A stretch of 64,000 nucleotides of DNA from a virus. Taxonomy: Duplodnaviria > Caudoviricetes. Of this stretch, positions 41,001-51,336 are shown piece by piece (the stretch's first letter is position 1; every line of letters starts with the position of its first letter). The translations under genes were made by a program, and so were the position numbers. The stretch covers positions 160,001 through 224,000 of IMG/VR virus record IMGVR_UViG_3300028591_000074. One strand, written 5' to 3'. The notes beneath the pieces were generated by a model, which saw only the letters and a program-made list of their open reading frames with translations, searched no databases and had not been told where the DNA came from.

Positions 41001-41603
41001 AAGAATCTTAACCTTATCCAAATTGTCATGGACATTAGAAACCTTACCACCCGCATAAGAGAATGTTCCAAGAAGAAGATGCATATTAACTTCTGAATAT
41101 TGATATTCTTCTGGAACATCAACAGGTCGCTTCATAGCGGTTTCTGGGACGATAACAACCTGAACACCTTCATAATATCCATCTTCATTTTCCGGTTTAG
41201 CAGAACCTGCAAGTGTAGTATAGTTACTATACATCATTACAAGTCCAATTGCTAAATCACCTTTCAATTCAGTGACACTTTCCTGAGATGCTTTTAAGTT
41301 TACCGCAGCAATATCAATTGTAATTGGTGCAAGAAGTTCTACATAATGACCATTTACAACTGCCCTACCTGGGCTAATCTGAATTACGGTAGAAGAAACA
41401 TCTGAACCACTTGCAGCACTTTGAAGCGAAAAATCATCCATGGAATGTACATAAGATGGTCCAATTGGATATTTTACCGATGGATCAGTTGCTACTGTTT
41501 CTCTGGAACGAATATTATATTCAGATAACAACTGTCCACCTGCTTCACTGTTTGCAAGTGGAAATATATTAGTTGCACTTACTGGAAATTCTATAAAATA
41601 CAT
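38058..41603 (-). CDS. large virion structural protein with central coiled coil
   Basis: 1181 aa; ISPGRAVVNGHY motif; promoter motif at 41631-41642. Confidence 0.65.
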   Translation of the reverse strand: MYFIEFPVSATNIFPLANSEAGGQLLSEYNIRSRETVATDPSVKYPIGPSYVHSMDDFSLQSAASGSDVSSTVIQISPGRAVVNGHYVELLAPITIDIAAVNLKASQESVTELKGDLAIGLVMMYSNYTTLAGSAKPENEDGYYEGVQVVIVPETAMKRPVDVPEEYQYSEVNMHLLLGTFSYAGGKVSNVHDNLDKVKILDASRIGDISSSLSDQYLSKTGLDPHHLYVFAGKGTTDDNKDTWCLADDSLMIWDSDPRLKPNEPHSNVAHFEYNGDTHKTTLVVPHKQIDGAIDQYGNNLYFPDKVYSLPSATFNDNSGGVVTPEYTNRIKHIEYMTDHYYRIPNGKMRQYIPAISSTDELPPIPVGDGSVDQYDASQIIADITSDIVGVENQLYASSGNSALNRKLLTLKNNIAGKLTDINTAIDNIRADLQNSTSAPDIDQYLANIESVLSTTATSSDYYKLDAKLQSAYNRINSVATETTGVPDLPGCATSLTTAIARLEEPTPDIANAKSGITAVRDAILGTGSYSSTDGIIGILEKAESDILGPSASARKYTESLRDHVIANVGHIRDICGDIDTETGTIKTYCTDITTYINDITNLISTLSSCKSTLNSCVNKLNNITSSIETYIRLEVERLMDEQRVLTTSIWSPGDYVLVGQDGTMAEPDGTQPSTMYVVNYGKILTVGLVGTVEITLHTSNKDVYKQELNIARHTVPQSLAGGAELGSIDISSLEDADPDLFTYTNYCGLVNHDYFVEIYKSPIDTTTNTQEYIAVFYTPTSTELQLEYIKPPIVLTGGIHLATQESVGGFLDAPDDAYGEGYVALDEDGHLRIIDFNLLLMGIEAQQLGQDIDEIGSGLDANGIQDALDESVNDRICYPNATQRNNFTDPTTGTYTTKDPHVIEITIELPSTTDPYVLHIHDVGSRANSSLYVHLHGSATSEATILFENCDMLRIDDSIQGSPTIMLKNVNLYYNANVLSYTPLDGVQNLSLWYQQDLSDSSSPNLQVDGMTVTLLGDVSRDDAIDPWDEYNPNDNHYSYALRSITFASDGTIINFGMIVGDSSTMNVDITDHALFRASFTLPQSAGLQYPANKMVHQLKVSGSFVSCYYSTSDNKYIVKETDFSALTQKYNSPISEVGGSIAFCTNAYYVSQISGVVVGEGVDCWDLNTPHIFYGGSIE

Positions 41604-41642
41604 TTAGACCCCTCCAAAATCTGTATAACAATATACAAGGTG

Positions 41643-44600
41643 TTAGGTAGTTTTCTGTGTAAGACCAAGTGACATAGCAGCAAGTTGGTCTATCATAGCA
41701 GAACCACCTGTGTTTTCGGTTTGTTGCATAATCTTACCAACATATACAAGTATCTGCCCAAGTAATATATTTGTCTGAAGTGCAGGATCTGTTTCACCAG
41801 TATCCAACAATTCTTCTGACAATACTTTACCAAGTTGATAAGCGGAACTCTTTCTATCTTCCTTCTTTGTATCTTCCTCTATAGCATCCAGTTTCTTCCA
41901 CAATGCAGAATCCTTAATCGTTTTATCACCGGAAATACCATAATAAGATTTATGTAACATATAATCGGAAACGGTGTTATACATCTTCATAAGTAAACCA
42001 TCTTGCGCACCTTTACCGAATCCCCAAAACTTTGCAAGGGCTGTAGTAAAAGTATTCCAGTTGTATGTTACTTTATCAGAACCACCTTTCCAATTTGACC
42101 AAGATTCCATCCACGATCCAAATGCACCACCATTTTTAAGTCCGGCACCAAGCAAAGCAGACCATTGTATTTCAGATTGCACACTTCTATAATTGATAGC
42201 AGCAAGAATACTTGCCTGACTACCTATTACTGTATTGGAAGCATCAGCAGAACCTAACTTATCAATAATTGTCTGTAAATAATCAGATTCAATTGTAGAT
42301 AATTCTTCAAACAGTGGTGTGCTAAAATCATTTGGGAAGTACTTAGTCCAATGTTCTGTACCTGCTGCCCAAAATTCATCTTCACGCACATTTCGCTCAT
42401 GTTGTTCTTTAGCACCTGCACTTGTTTCCTGTTCACTAAAGTATTTCTGCACTTGGTCTTCAGTATATCCGGCAGATTCTAATGCCTGTTTAAAATCTGC
42501 AATACCAAACTTAGATGCGGTTGCAGCCCAATCTTCATATGTCTTACCTGCTTTTACAAACTGATCTTGAATATAGGAAGATTCAAGCATCTTACTGATT
42601 GCAGATTTTGCAGTGGATGCAGTTGCACTTACTGAACCTGATGAACCTGTGATATTCTTGATAGATGTGACAAGGACATCCAATCCGCTTGTAAGTGCAG
42701 AATATGCCTTTGCTGCCTGACTCTTTGTTGTACCTCCCCATGAATACTTAGAGGTTGGTCCAGAGATAGCACCAAGTTGTTGATCCATAAGTTGTGCGTT
42801 TCTTCCAGCAATAACTGATTGCACATCGGAAATCGAATTATTTGAACTAAATAATGGATTACCGTATGCATTAAGTCGCTTAGTTACCGCAGTTTGAGCT
42901 GCATAAGAAGATGAACCACCCATCTGATTTACAATTGGTGTAGCAAGTCCTAAATCAGTATTACTTGTAGTAAGACGGTATAAATCCATCTGCCTACCTA
43001 CACCAACCTTGCTAAGTTCCAGAAGTTGTCTGACATCTGCCTTTTGTGCCATACCTTCTTCATTGGTACTTATAAGGTTCCCAATCTTCTTCATCCAACT
43101 AAATGGATTAAGGAAGTTGATGATATTCTGAACACCCTGCACAATCTTCTGTAATCCAGATGCAGATTCCCCAGCAAGATCAACAGAATACATTGCTTCC
43201 ATCAGTTCACGATTCATCTGCTCATCCCACATGTGTTGCTGAATCATCTGAGCAACATCATTATCAATGACATAAGCAAGACCTTCTTCAATCATGTACT
43301 GATTAATTTGCTGAGCTTTTAACTGTTCTGTAGATGTAGTAGTTTGACCATCAAGCAGAAGTTCCATGTTCTCATTCAATGAATTATTATTCATATTCAT
43401 GTTGCGAATTGCTTTTGCCAATTCATTGAAATCAATTCTTTGGAATGCCTGAGCATCTAATCCAAACAAGGAAGCATAACCCTCTGCCTTTTCCATATAG
43501 GCATCCGGTGATTGCGTGTACATATTCGCAAGGTTTTCAAACATACTTCCAAGTACAGATTGTGGATTCGATGCAAATGCACGAAGGAACTCTGTATTAG
43601 AAGCATTAATACCTGCCAAAGATCTAAGAGCAACAGTAGATGCATTATTACCACCTGTTGCTAATGTATAAATTGTACTTGTAAGTGAACTTGCAAGGTC
43701 AGGTGCTACTGCACCTACATATCCTTGAATTGCAAGTAATGTACCACTGATAGCATCCAAGTTATCGGAATGTGCGGCTACTGCAATCTTAGATGCTTCT
43801 TCATAAAGAGAACTTGCATTTTGAAGTCCGGTTGTAAACCCACCAGTCAACTCACGTGTTGTATATAACAAGCCGGAAGCAAAAGATTCCAAACTCTTGT
43901 TCGCTTTGGAAATTGCCTCCTGTTGTGATACACCGCTTCTTATTGCATTAGCAGCAATAGATGCATAGGTAGTAGCATATTGGAAGAAATCCTGTGTCGG
44001 AACTGCTTTATTCAGTACAGTGGCTTGATATGCAAACTCTTCGGCTATTGCACCGGACATACCGGATTCCAATACCTTAGAAAGATTGGACATTAAATCT
44101 GTCCCACTAACATACTTAGACAGACCCTCATCCCTTATACGTTCTGCATAAGCAGCCATAAGATCCTGAACATCAGACTTCGTATACCCCTGTGTAGCGG
44201 ATATAGTTGTAAGTGTCTGACTCCAAGTTTGATATAAATCATTTGCAGCATCTTTAAGTAATTCAAATGGGGCTTTTACTAATGCTTCATAGTCAGCCCT
44301 CATACGATCATTTGCAAGTTTTAGATTTTTCTCTCTACTTTCCTGGTCGCGATTTGCAGCCTTTTTCCATGCACCAAGAAGTTGTTTTAACCCCTCACCC
44401 ATAGTCTTAAGGGATTTTGTAACTACAGATGAAACTACTTCAATTGCTACCAGAGCACCTACAACTGCCATACCCTGTGGACCAATTTTGGCTAAACTGC
44501 TAACTGCACTACCGGAAGTTTCACCAAGTTTAGTAACTTGTTCCACAGTTTCAGCCATAGTGTCAGCAGAACTTGGACCGATAATATGTCCCGGCATGGA

Positions 44601-45338
44601 CTGTGGACCAAGTGGTGCTGGGTTTTGAAACATACTTGCTATATTGCCAGGTGCTCCTCGGAGTGCAGACAAACCACTACGTGCTATGTTAAACATACCA
44701 CGAACACCTGTACCTGCACCCTGTAAAAAGTTTCCAATCATAGTTTGTCTAGTACCAAAATTAGACAAACCTTGATTTAATGCATTTGCACCACGTTGAG
44801 CAGTATTACCGCTTAGTACATTTTGCAACATGGAATTTCCACGTTGTTGCAGATTTCCGAGGAAATTAGATTTCCATTTATCTATCTGAGCAGTAAGTGC
44901 TTTACCTGTGTCTGTGTTCTTAAATGCGTCTGCTACTGACTTTCCAAGACGTTTTCCAAATTCATCCGGTATACCTCTAATATTTGTACCAAGCTGGTCT
45001 GCAAAACCTTGAAATACCTTTTTAACATCTGTCTTAAAACCTGAACCGACAAGCCCCTCAATCAGTGCAGATTCAAAACTATCAGTAAAACTACCGCTAC
45101 CACTTCTACCAAAACGTGAGTTACTAAAAGAACCACGACCTGACATCCTATCACGGAATGTAGATCCTGATATCCTTGAACTGTTGTCTTGATATGTTCT
45201 TGCGTTTGCCTGAGATGGTATGTTACCGGATTTTGCAAAATCAGATAATATGGAATCGATGTGTGTAACTCGATTTACCAATACCTGTATGTTATCCAGA
45301 CCACCTGCGGCTTCTAATACTGATCTATCATCAGCCAT
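41643..45338 (-). CDS. tape measure protein
   Basis: 1231 aa, A/S/G/Q/L-rich and helical, downstream of chaperone-like genes and upstream of the baseplate genes. Confidence 0.75.
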   Translation of the reverse strand: MADDRSVLEAAGGLDNIQVLVNRVTHIDSILSDFAKSGNIPSQANARTYQDNSSRISGSTFRDRMSGRGSFSNSRFGRSGSGSFTDSFESALIEGLVGSGFKTDVKKVFQGFADQLGTNIRGIPDEFGKRLGKSVADAFKNTDTGKALTAQIDKWKSNFLGNLQQRGNSMLQNVLSGNTAQRGANALNQGLSNFGTRQTMIGNFLQGAGTGVRGMFNIARSGLSALRGAPGNIASMFQNPAPLGPQSMPGHIIGPSSADTMAETVEQVTKLGETSGSAVSSLAKIGPQGMAVVGALVAIEVVSSVVTKSLKTMGEGLKQLLGAWKKAANRDQESREKNLKLANDRMRADYEALVKAPFELLKDAANDLYQTWSQTLTTISATQGYTKSDVQDLMAAYAERIRDEGLSKYVSGTDLMSNLSKVLESGMSGAIAEEFAYQATVLNKAVPTQDFFQYATTYASIAANAIRSGVSQQEAISKANKSLESFASGLLYTTRELTGGFTTGLQNASSLYEEASKIAVAAHSDNLDAISGTLLAIQGYVGAVAPDLASSLTSTIYTLATGGNNASTVALRSLAGINASNTEFLRAFASNPQSVLGSMFENLANMYTQSPDAYMEKAEGYASLFGLDAQAFQRIDFNELAKAIRNMNMNNNSLNENMELLLDGQTTTSTEQLKAQQINQYMIEEGLAYVIDNDVAQMIQQHMWDEQMNRELMEAMYSVDLAGESASGLQKIVQGVQNIINFLNPFSWMKKIGNLISTNEEGMAQKADVRQLLELSKVGVGRQMDLYRLTTSNTDLGLATPIVNQMGGSSSYAAQTAVTKRLNAYGNPLFSSNNSISDVQSVIAGRNAQLMDQQLGAISGPTSKYSWGGTTKSQAAKAYSALTSGLDVLVTSIKNITGSSGSVSATASTAKSAISKMLESSYIQDQFVKAGKTYEDWAATASKFGIADFKQALESAGYTEDQVQKYFSEQETSAGAKEQHERNVREDEFWAAGTEHWTKYFPNDFSTPLFEELSTIESDYLQTIIDKLGSADASNTVIGSQASILAAINYRSVQSEIQWSALLGAGLKNGGAFGSWMESWSNWKGGSDKVTYNWNTFTTALAKFWGFGKGAQDGLLMKMYNTVSDYMLHKSYYGISGDKTIKDSALWKKLDAIEEDTKKEDRKSSAYQLGKVLSEELLDTGETDPALQTNILLGQILVYVGKIMQQTENTGGSAMIDQLAAMSLGLTQKTT

Positions 45339-45396
45339 AGTAAATCTCCGAAAACAACAAAGGGCAAGTAATTTACACTATACTTGCCCTGTTATA

Positions 45397-45690
45397 CTAA
45401 GGTTTATTGCTGTGCATCTTTCGTTCTTTTTCCTTTAATTCATTATGGAAAAACTCAGCATATTTCCTTCGAATAAATATTGGTTGATTCATTATCCATT
45501 CAGTGGATACAGCACCCTCGGATGCTCTTGATATAAATAGGGCTTCATCAATTATATTTTCATACAGTTGTTGCCTTACCTGATGGTATGTCTTTTCCTT
45601 CCCGTCGATTTTTACTGTTCTTCCATTCCCGTAAATCTCCCAAGGTCGGACGAAAAAACTTATCGTCAATAAGTGCAATATAAGTTGCAT
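45397..45690 (-). CDS. tail/baseplate assembly chaperone, part 2 (gp51/GT-like)
   Basis: EWIMNQPIFIRRKY...ELKE motif; overlaps the upstream chaperone in the +1 frame; start uncertain. Confidence 0.55.
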   Translation of the reverse strand: MQLILHLLTISFFVRPWEIYGNGRTVKIDGKEKTYHQVRQQLYENIIDEALFISRASEGAVSTEWIMNQPIFIRRKYAEFFHNELKEKERKMHSNKP

Positions 45691-46381
45691 CCTTATTTCC
45701 ACACTTCGGGCATATTGTTGAACCACCAGCACGAAGCCCATAGTCAGAAAGTTGACTTACCATATTTCTAAGTATGATGTAGTCAGCAGCGGAAAGTTCC
45801 TTTTGGATAAACAACTTAATTTCCAGTGGTGTAAGATTTTCTTTGTTCTTGATGGATGTAATCATATAGCATATTCTGGCAAGTTCTGTATTCGTCTCAC
45901 CTTCTGCGTTCTTAAATGCCTTATCCTTATCCGCATTCATCATTTTCTGAATTGTCGGCAATTTAAGATGCACGTCACCATCAAAATCAATAAACTCATC
46001 TTTACTGATAACAATATCGTTTACAAAGCCGGGTGGAAGTGGCTTACACTCAATTGTTTCAAGATTTACTTTGTACTCACCCTGTGAAACTTTTTTACAA
46101 TCTGTACAAAAGATTGCATTTGTTGTGTAGTATGGTCCGTAATTCAGAATACGGAGACATCTGCAAATCCACTGAAAATCAATTTCAAGCAATTGCTTAA
46201 AATCAATCTTCTCTTCTACTGCCTTTGGTAGAATTGATTCGAGCATGGTTTTCTCAAAATCTTCACTACCTACATACTCAAGTTCTGATGCTGTTGGAAT
46301 ACTCATTAAAGTGAGTGTATCTGGGATCAGACCATTGTATAATCCCTTACCAAGCAGCTCAATCTTTTCTGACATAGCCAT
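45560..46381 (-). CDS. baseplate hub/tail assembly chaperone (T4 gp26-like)
   Basis: LLEIDFQW..LRILNYG, two CxxC pairs, C-terminal DKFFRP. Confidence 0.7.
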   Translation of the reverse strand: MAMSEKIELLGKGLYNGLIPDTLTLMSIPTASELEYVGSEDFEKTMLESILPKAVEEKIDFKQLLEIDFQWICRCLRILNYGPYYTTNAIFCTDCKKVSQGEYKVNLETIECKPLPPGFVNDIVISKDEFIDFDGDVHLKLPTIQKMMNADKDKAFKNAEGETNTELARICYMITSIKNKENLTPLEIKLFIQKELSAADYIILRNMVSQLSDYGLRAGGSTICPKCGNKDATYIALIDDKFFRPTLGDLREWKNSKNRREGKDIPSGKATTV

Positions 46382-46499
46382 TATTCAATTATCCTCCTAT
46401 TCAACAGTTTTGAATTGGTATATTTCTACTATATTATAAAAGGTTAGTGACAATTTTTCAACCATCACTAACCTTACTAAGCAAGATATAAATATAATA

Positions 46500-46922
46500 T
46501 TAACCATATGTAAATGGTGGAACTTGATCACCCATATCACCGTCACCAAGGAAACCACTACCATTACTACGTACAAATCTCTGTGCAGAATCATATAACC
46601 AGTCAAGTTTATATCCTTGTGGATATTGGCTATCCATCTCCTCAAGAAGATCCATAGTCACAAGGCTTGCAAGGTCAATGGCATCTGATTTGTATTTTGC
46701 CATAATTGCACAATCCATCGGATTTTTACTCTGACCTTTAAACCATCGCCTTATTGCAGCTTTAGGATTGTTTGTATTTGAGGAGTCATATCCACAAACA
46801 ACTTTGTATTTGAATCCATTATATGGATCCCACTCTTCGTAACCTTCGTCTTCCAATTCCTCTAACCGTTCCGGTGACGCATCATACAGTATCTTTGTTT
46901 CACTTTTAATATATCTTTTCAT
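46500..46922 (-). CDS. hypothetical protein with MKRYIKS N-terminal tag
   Basis: ATG 46922, MKRYIKSETK. Confidence 0.65.
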   Translation of the reverse strand: MKRYIKSETKILYDASPERLEELEDEGYEEWDPYNGFKYKVVCGYDSSNTNNPKAAIRRWFKGQSKNPMDCAIMAKYKSDAIDLASLVTMDLLEEMDSQYPQGYKLDWLYDSAQRFVRSNGSGFLGDGDMGDQVPPFTYG

Positions 46923-46938
46923 AAACAATTACCCCATT

Positions 46939-47214
46939 CTACCAATGAACCATTTTCGGCTTAATGCCATTGTTCATAATTTCTAGTTCATCAACTACAT
47001 CATGCCAATCATCAACTTCAAGTCGCTTAACAATGCGTCTTTTGTACACAATTCTCCACTCACCATCGAGTTCATCTGCTTGCGCCCAGTAATATTCTTG
47101 ATCATCGTATGGCCTTGGCTTAGATATTTGATATACGCCAGAGTTCTCATACCATCTAAGGATATAACCCATGTACTCTTCATCAACAGTGGAACTTTTA
47201 ATATATCTTTTCAT
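46939..47214 (-). CDS. hypothetical protein with MKRYIKS N-terminal tag
   Basis: ATG 47214 after GGGAG, MKRYIKSST. Confidence 0.65.
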   Translation of the reverse strand: MKRYIKSSTVDEEYMGYILRWYENSGVYQISKPRPYDDQEYYWAQADELDGEWRIVYKRRIVKRLEVDDWHDVVDELEIMNNGIKPKMVHW

Positions 47215-47228
47215 ATTGTATCTCCCTA

Positions 47229-47573
47229 TCATTCATCTCTAATAATTATGTCATCTTCTGTAATATCATCTTCTGTGATTTCTTCAATACGGAATTCTCC
47301 ATAATGAAGAAGTACATCACCTTCGTTACCACCTTGAACAAACTCATCCGGATAAATAACCCAATCTGGATCATCTATTGGATGAATTGTCTCATATTCA
47401 TCATCCCATTCATACTTGTTTCCATCAAGGATTCTTGAATCCCCTATGGATACAAGATAATCAATAAGGATATCTGTCAGAGCACCATAGTCTGTAGTAG
47501 GTTCTTCTGTTTCAATAATATAACTATCCAACCATGCTGTACCTGTTCCGATATCTACTCGGTAAAATGCCAT
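47229..47573 (-). CDS. acidic hypothetical protein
   Basis: 114-aa ORF with GAGGA RBS. Confidence 0.6.
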   Translation of the reverse strand: MAFYRVDIGTGTAWLDSYIIETEEPTTDYGALTDILIDYLVSIGDSRILDGNKYEWDDEYETIHPIDDPDWVIYPDEFVQGGNEGDVLLHYGEFRIEEITEDDITEDDIIIRDE

Positions 47574-47588
47574 AACAATCCTCGCTCT

Positions 47589-48008
47589 CTAAATGTAATC
47601 AAAGTATTCATTATACTGATCATTTGTAATATAACCATTTTCATAGCACCAGTTAAGACCATCCAGTGAAGATTCTGCAAGGATTTCAAATCCATTTACT
47701 TCACCATTGTAATATGCTACATAGCCATAAGTTCCATCGTAGATGTATTCTACGAAATCAGCACCATCCTTAATTGCAAGTCTTTCTACAGCCTCACTGA
47801 TTGAAAGCAGTTCTGTGTGGTCATTGAACCATGGAGAATCGAAGAAATGTATGAAGTATAGTACACCATCATAATATTCACCAAATCCATTTTCTCTCAA
47901 AGCATCTTGCTGTTGTTCAAACAGAATCTCCATAGATTCTTCTTGATATGAATCTGAATTAAAATCCAAGGCAGAATTTTTGGTAAGTACTTCAAAATCT
48001 GGAACCAT
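47589..48008 (-). CDS. acidic hypothetical protein
   Basis: 139-aa ORF with GGGAG RBS. Confidence 0.6.
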   Translation of the reverse strand: MVPDFEVLTKNSALDFNSDSYQEESMEILFEQQQDALRENGFGEYYDGVLYFIHFFDSPWFNDHTELLSISEAVERLAIKDGADFVEYIYDGTYGYVAYYNGEVNGFEILAESSLDGLNWCYENGYITNDQYNEYFDYI

Positions 48009-48030
48009 TATAATACTCCCTTCATAATAA

Positions 48031-48318
48031 CTAACTAAATATATTAAAGGTTTTTCCTGCTACAAAGAAATGTTTCCAACTAATTTCGTTTGTTGTCCGA
48101 AGTGCAATATTCACTTCATCGTTATCTGTCTGATCTTCAATTGCGTGTACTATGTAGGTGCAATCATTCTTAATAAGTCCTACTGTATAAGTGTGACCGG
48201 AAACGAACCCACAGGTTGATCTTCCAACATAAGTCCGTGTTACATATTCGGATGCACGATAGTTGAAATCAGATTCATTCATATCACCAGATACAATGTT
48301 TGATTTAATTCTACCCAT
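48031..48318 (-). CDS. hypothetical protein (MGRIKSNIVSG...)
   Basis: likely start at the ATG just after the upstream stop. Confidence 0.5.
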   Translation of the reverse strand: MGRIKSNIVSGDMNESDFNYRASEYVTRTYVGRSTCGFVSGHTYTVGLIKNDCTYIVHAIEDQTDNDEVNIALRTTNEISWKHFFVAGKTFNIFS

Positions 48319-48319
48319 C

Positions 48320-48517
48320 CTAATGCACCACCTTATGAGATTCACGATATTCTTCCAGTCTATGAAGTCTGTAGCATACATAAGCACACAGAATTGCAAC
48401 TACCTCCTGAAGTACTGCCTGACCGAAACTGATGGTACCTACAATACAAGCACCTTCCGTACCGATAGCAAAAATGATTGCCAATACCATAATGATTGCA
48501 TAAATGTTCTTCTTCAT
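48320..48517 (-). CDS. small membrane protein
   Basis: two hydrophobic segments in 65 aa. Confidence 0.5.
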   Translation of the reverse strand: MKKNIYAIIMVLAIIFAIGTEGACIVGTISFGQAVLQEVVAILCAYVCYRLHRLEEYRESHKVVH

Positions 48518-48708
48518 ATTTACTTTACCCCCTTAAAATGTTTATTGCAAAGATACTCAACCCGTGTCATACCCTTTACATTAGATTCCAGAATACTTCC
48601 ATCCGGTAATGTAATCGTGTAGAAGTAAGACCTACCGATTTTATCATCCACTTCTATTCTTACATCATATTTCTGTTCAAGATCAATCCTATTCATATCT
48701 GCACCCCA

Positions 48709-50034
48709 CTACGAATTGACGTAATCAATGAAATTACCAATGGCTTCGATAACATCGTTGTCAGAAGATTCCCCCTTCTGTTCAATTGGATCTGAATACT
48801 TAATTCTGCACCTTGTGATCCATGTCTGCTTTACACCATTGAACTCAGAAAGTTTCTTAACTGTTCCTGTGATACTAATGAGATTCCGGAAAGTTCCATC
48901 CATCTGCTGCTCAGAGGATCCATAGATACAGTTGCTTGTATCCCACATAATCACATTACCGTTTGTATCTACTATTTTATAACGATGTGTGATACCGTAA
49001 TCAGTCTGCCAAGAAGTTACAACTTCATAAGAAGATATATTAGAAATTGTAATTCTTTGTCCTTCAGAACTGATATAATCAGATTCCGCTACCTCCTTAG
49101 CATGGGCTTCGTTACGAACACGTTTCGCTTCAAGAATACCCATCTGCTTGCGATAGTAAGAAACCATCGATACACAGTATCCTACATTCTTATTAGGGAT
49201 GTAATCGGATTCTGCGATAACCTTAAGGTTATGGAGATAATCGCTATTACTATCTACAGCCTTAATATAATTGATAATATCATTTGCAGAATCGTTAAGT
49301 TCCTTTGAAGTATAATCTGGATGGTATGTTTCGCGATAAGATTCGATTCGTTCAATATCAGACTTATGAAGTCTTCCACGGTGTGTATCATAAAGAATTG
49401 CATCAACAACTTCTGCTCTAGTTGTTGTCATACCAAACTCAGCAGCTGATGTAGGAACATATCCAAGATGATTTATAATATCAACTGCGTATCTAATCAG
49501 TTCATTTACTGACCAGTAGGAATCGCATCTGAAACCGCCGGAAGGTGCTTCACCCTGAATAAGTGCATCAAACATTGCAATATAGGATGCAGCCAACTCT
49601 GCACTATATCCACCAGTGAAATCACAAAGGCAGGATGATCCAACCTGCTTAAACTCATCAGTTTCCATATTATACACGATGTATGTATCTTTCCGGTGAC
49701 GCTTAGAGTTACAGTGTTCGCACTTAGGTTCGCAGGTACGGTATTCATCAGGAATCTCAACATCATCAGAAATCTTACGAAGGATGTTACCATGCTCATT
49801 AGAATGGTCGATAGTTGCTACGAACTTCCATCCATTGATTACAGCAGTACCCTCTGCTTCAACGATAACGTATCTCTGAATAGACTTTTCACCTTCGGAT
49901 TCAACTTCTACAAATTCCTCACCAACCTGTGAGTAGGAAAAATCACAACCATACTTAATGCACTTGTTATGAATACGAGTCAGTTTATGCTCAAGTCTCT
50001 CAATATTATCTTCATGAATTCTGAATGTTGCCAT
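48709..50034 (-). CDS. early hypothetical protein with CxxC and C-terminal OB-fold-like domain
   Basis: CEHC, QVGSSCL, ITGTVK...NGVKQTWITRC; GGAGGT RBS. Confidence 0.7.
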   Translation of the reverse strand: MATFRIHEDNIERLEHKLTRIHNKCIKYGCDFSYSQVGEEFVEVESEGEKSIQRYVIVEAEGTAVINGWKFVATIDHSNEHGNILRKISDDVEIPDEYRTCEPKCEHCNSKRHRKDTYIVYNMETDEFKQVGSSCLCDFTGGYSAELAASYIAMFDALIQGEAPSGGFRCDSYWSVNELIRYAVDIINHLGYVPTSAAEFGMTTTRAEVVDAILYDTHRGRLHKSDIERIESYRETYHPDYTSKELNDSANDIINYIKAVDSNSDYLHNLKVIAESDYIPNKNVGYCVSMVSYYRKQMGILEAKRVRNEAHAKEVAESDYISSEGQRITISNISSYEVVTSWQTDYGITHRYKIVDTNGNVIMWDTSNCIYGSSEQQMDGTFRNLISITGTVKKLSEFNGVKQTWITRCRIKYSDPIEQKGESSDNDVIEAIGNFIDYVNS

Positions 50035-50085
50035 ATGCTTACCTCCATCCTATTGGACTATTGATGTGATTTGCTACTTTTCTTA

Positions 50086-50114
50086 ATTATAACCCAAAAA
50101 AGATAACCTGTCAA
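50086..50114 (-). promoter_or_regulatory. sigmaA consensus promoter
   Basis: TTGACA-17 bp-TATAAT upstream of 50034. Confidence 0.75.
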
Positions 50115-50219
50115 CTATAACTTTATAAGTTTGTTAATAAACTTATCTTAAACATAGGATAAAAATATCCGAGAACTACAGGAACATTGTAATTCTCGGA
50201 CATAATTTAATACTATATT

Positions 50220-50828
50220 CTACAAATCAGGATATCTATCTTTGAACCTGCGCATAGCCTTTACATATCCGGCAGTAGTAGAATATGGTTCATACTCAGT
50301 AGCACATACATCAATATCTGTAGAACTAAGTACAAAGTCTTTCCCACAGATATTAGTAAAATATTCTTCTGCATCCTGCACTGTAGCATGATCAAACTGC
50401 ATATCTATATTTCCATTTGCATCGTAGTATCTACCAACAACATTCAGGGCATAATTCCTGGACTTATCCTGTGTAGGTGTCGTAATAAGTACTGCCTCTT
50501 GATCATATTTCTTACACCAGCTGACACCAAGTTTAATAAAGTCCTCTGTCCTATAACCATTATTTACAACACAAAATGTATCTTCGGTCACCCGGCTATC
50601 ACCAGTTTCTGGATCAGATTCAATATATCCACCAAAGGCCTTAATGTATGTTAAATCACTACTATGTATATCTGTTGCAAGTTCCTTATTTCTTCGCCTG
50701 TTTTCTTTCCTAGAATATTCATGACGAAACGCAGTAATAAACATACAATCATAGTTATTCATATAGTCAACTACTCGGCTAAATGACGATGCCATTACAG
50801 ATTGATTCGTTCTGACTAATTTTACCAT
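50220..50828 (-). CDS. conserved phage protein (SSxSR / ITAFR / YDQEAVL family)
   Basis: ITAFR, N..RNKEL, GGYIE, KKYDQEAVL motifs. Confidence 0.65.
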   Translation of the reverse strand: MVKLVRTNQSVMASSFSRVVDYMNNYDCMFITAFRHEYSRKENRRRNKELATDIHSSDLTYIKAFGGYIESDPETGDSRVTEDTFCVVNNGYRTEDFIKLGVSWCKKYDQEAVLITTPTQDKSRNYALNVVGRYYDANGNIDMQFDHATVQDAEEYFTNICGKDFVLSSTDIDVCATEYEPYSTTAGYVKAMRRFKDRYPDL

Positions 50829-50848
50829 ACTATCACCACCTAACTTTA

Positions 50849-51289
50849 TTAATTCTTCTGCATTTCGATTTTATCATAATACTGTTCCACCAAATCAAGT
50901 GCAGTTCCTATACCATCTTTAACACCAGAATCATATCGTTCATCACCAGATTCAATCACATACAGTTGTTCAAGATCTGTATAAATGTCTTGAAGCATAG
51001 ATAATGTATCTTCTGGTAAATCACTTTCAAAATGATCCATAAATTCAGAACTTTCTATTGGAACACGCTCACCGGACTTAAATTGCTCTTTCATAACTGC
51101 AACAAGTTCTGTCCATTCATGACAATCACCGCAATCATTTGCATCTGCAATATCTTCAATCGTAATATCATTTTCTTTTGCAAGCGAATGAAGTTTCATG
51201 ATATCCGGCATTGTAAGCGGTCTATTATGTATTGCATGATCATCAAGAATATTCATTATTTCATAATAAGCGATTATCTCTGGGTTCAT
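50849..51289 (-). CDS. hypothetical protein
   Basis: GAGGTG RBS before MNPEII; promoter motif at 51321-51332. Confidence 0.55.
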   Translation of the reverse strand: MNPEIIAYYEIMNILDDHAIHNRPLTMPDIMKLHSLAKENDITIEDIADANDCGDCHEWTELVAVMKEQFKSGERVPIESSEFMDHFESDLPEDTLSMLQDIYTDLEQLYVIESGDERYDSGVKDGIGTALDLVEQYYDKIEMQKN

Positions 51290-51336
51290 AGAAAACACCT
51301 CATTAACTACAATTATATTGATATACAAGGTTTCAA

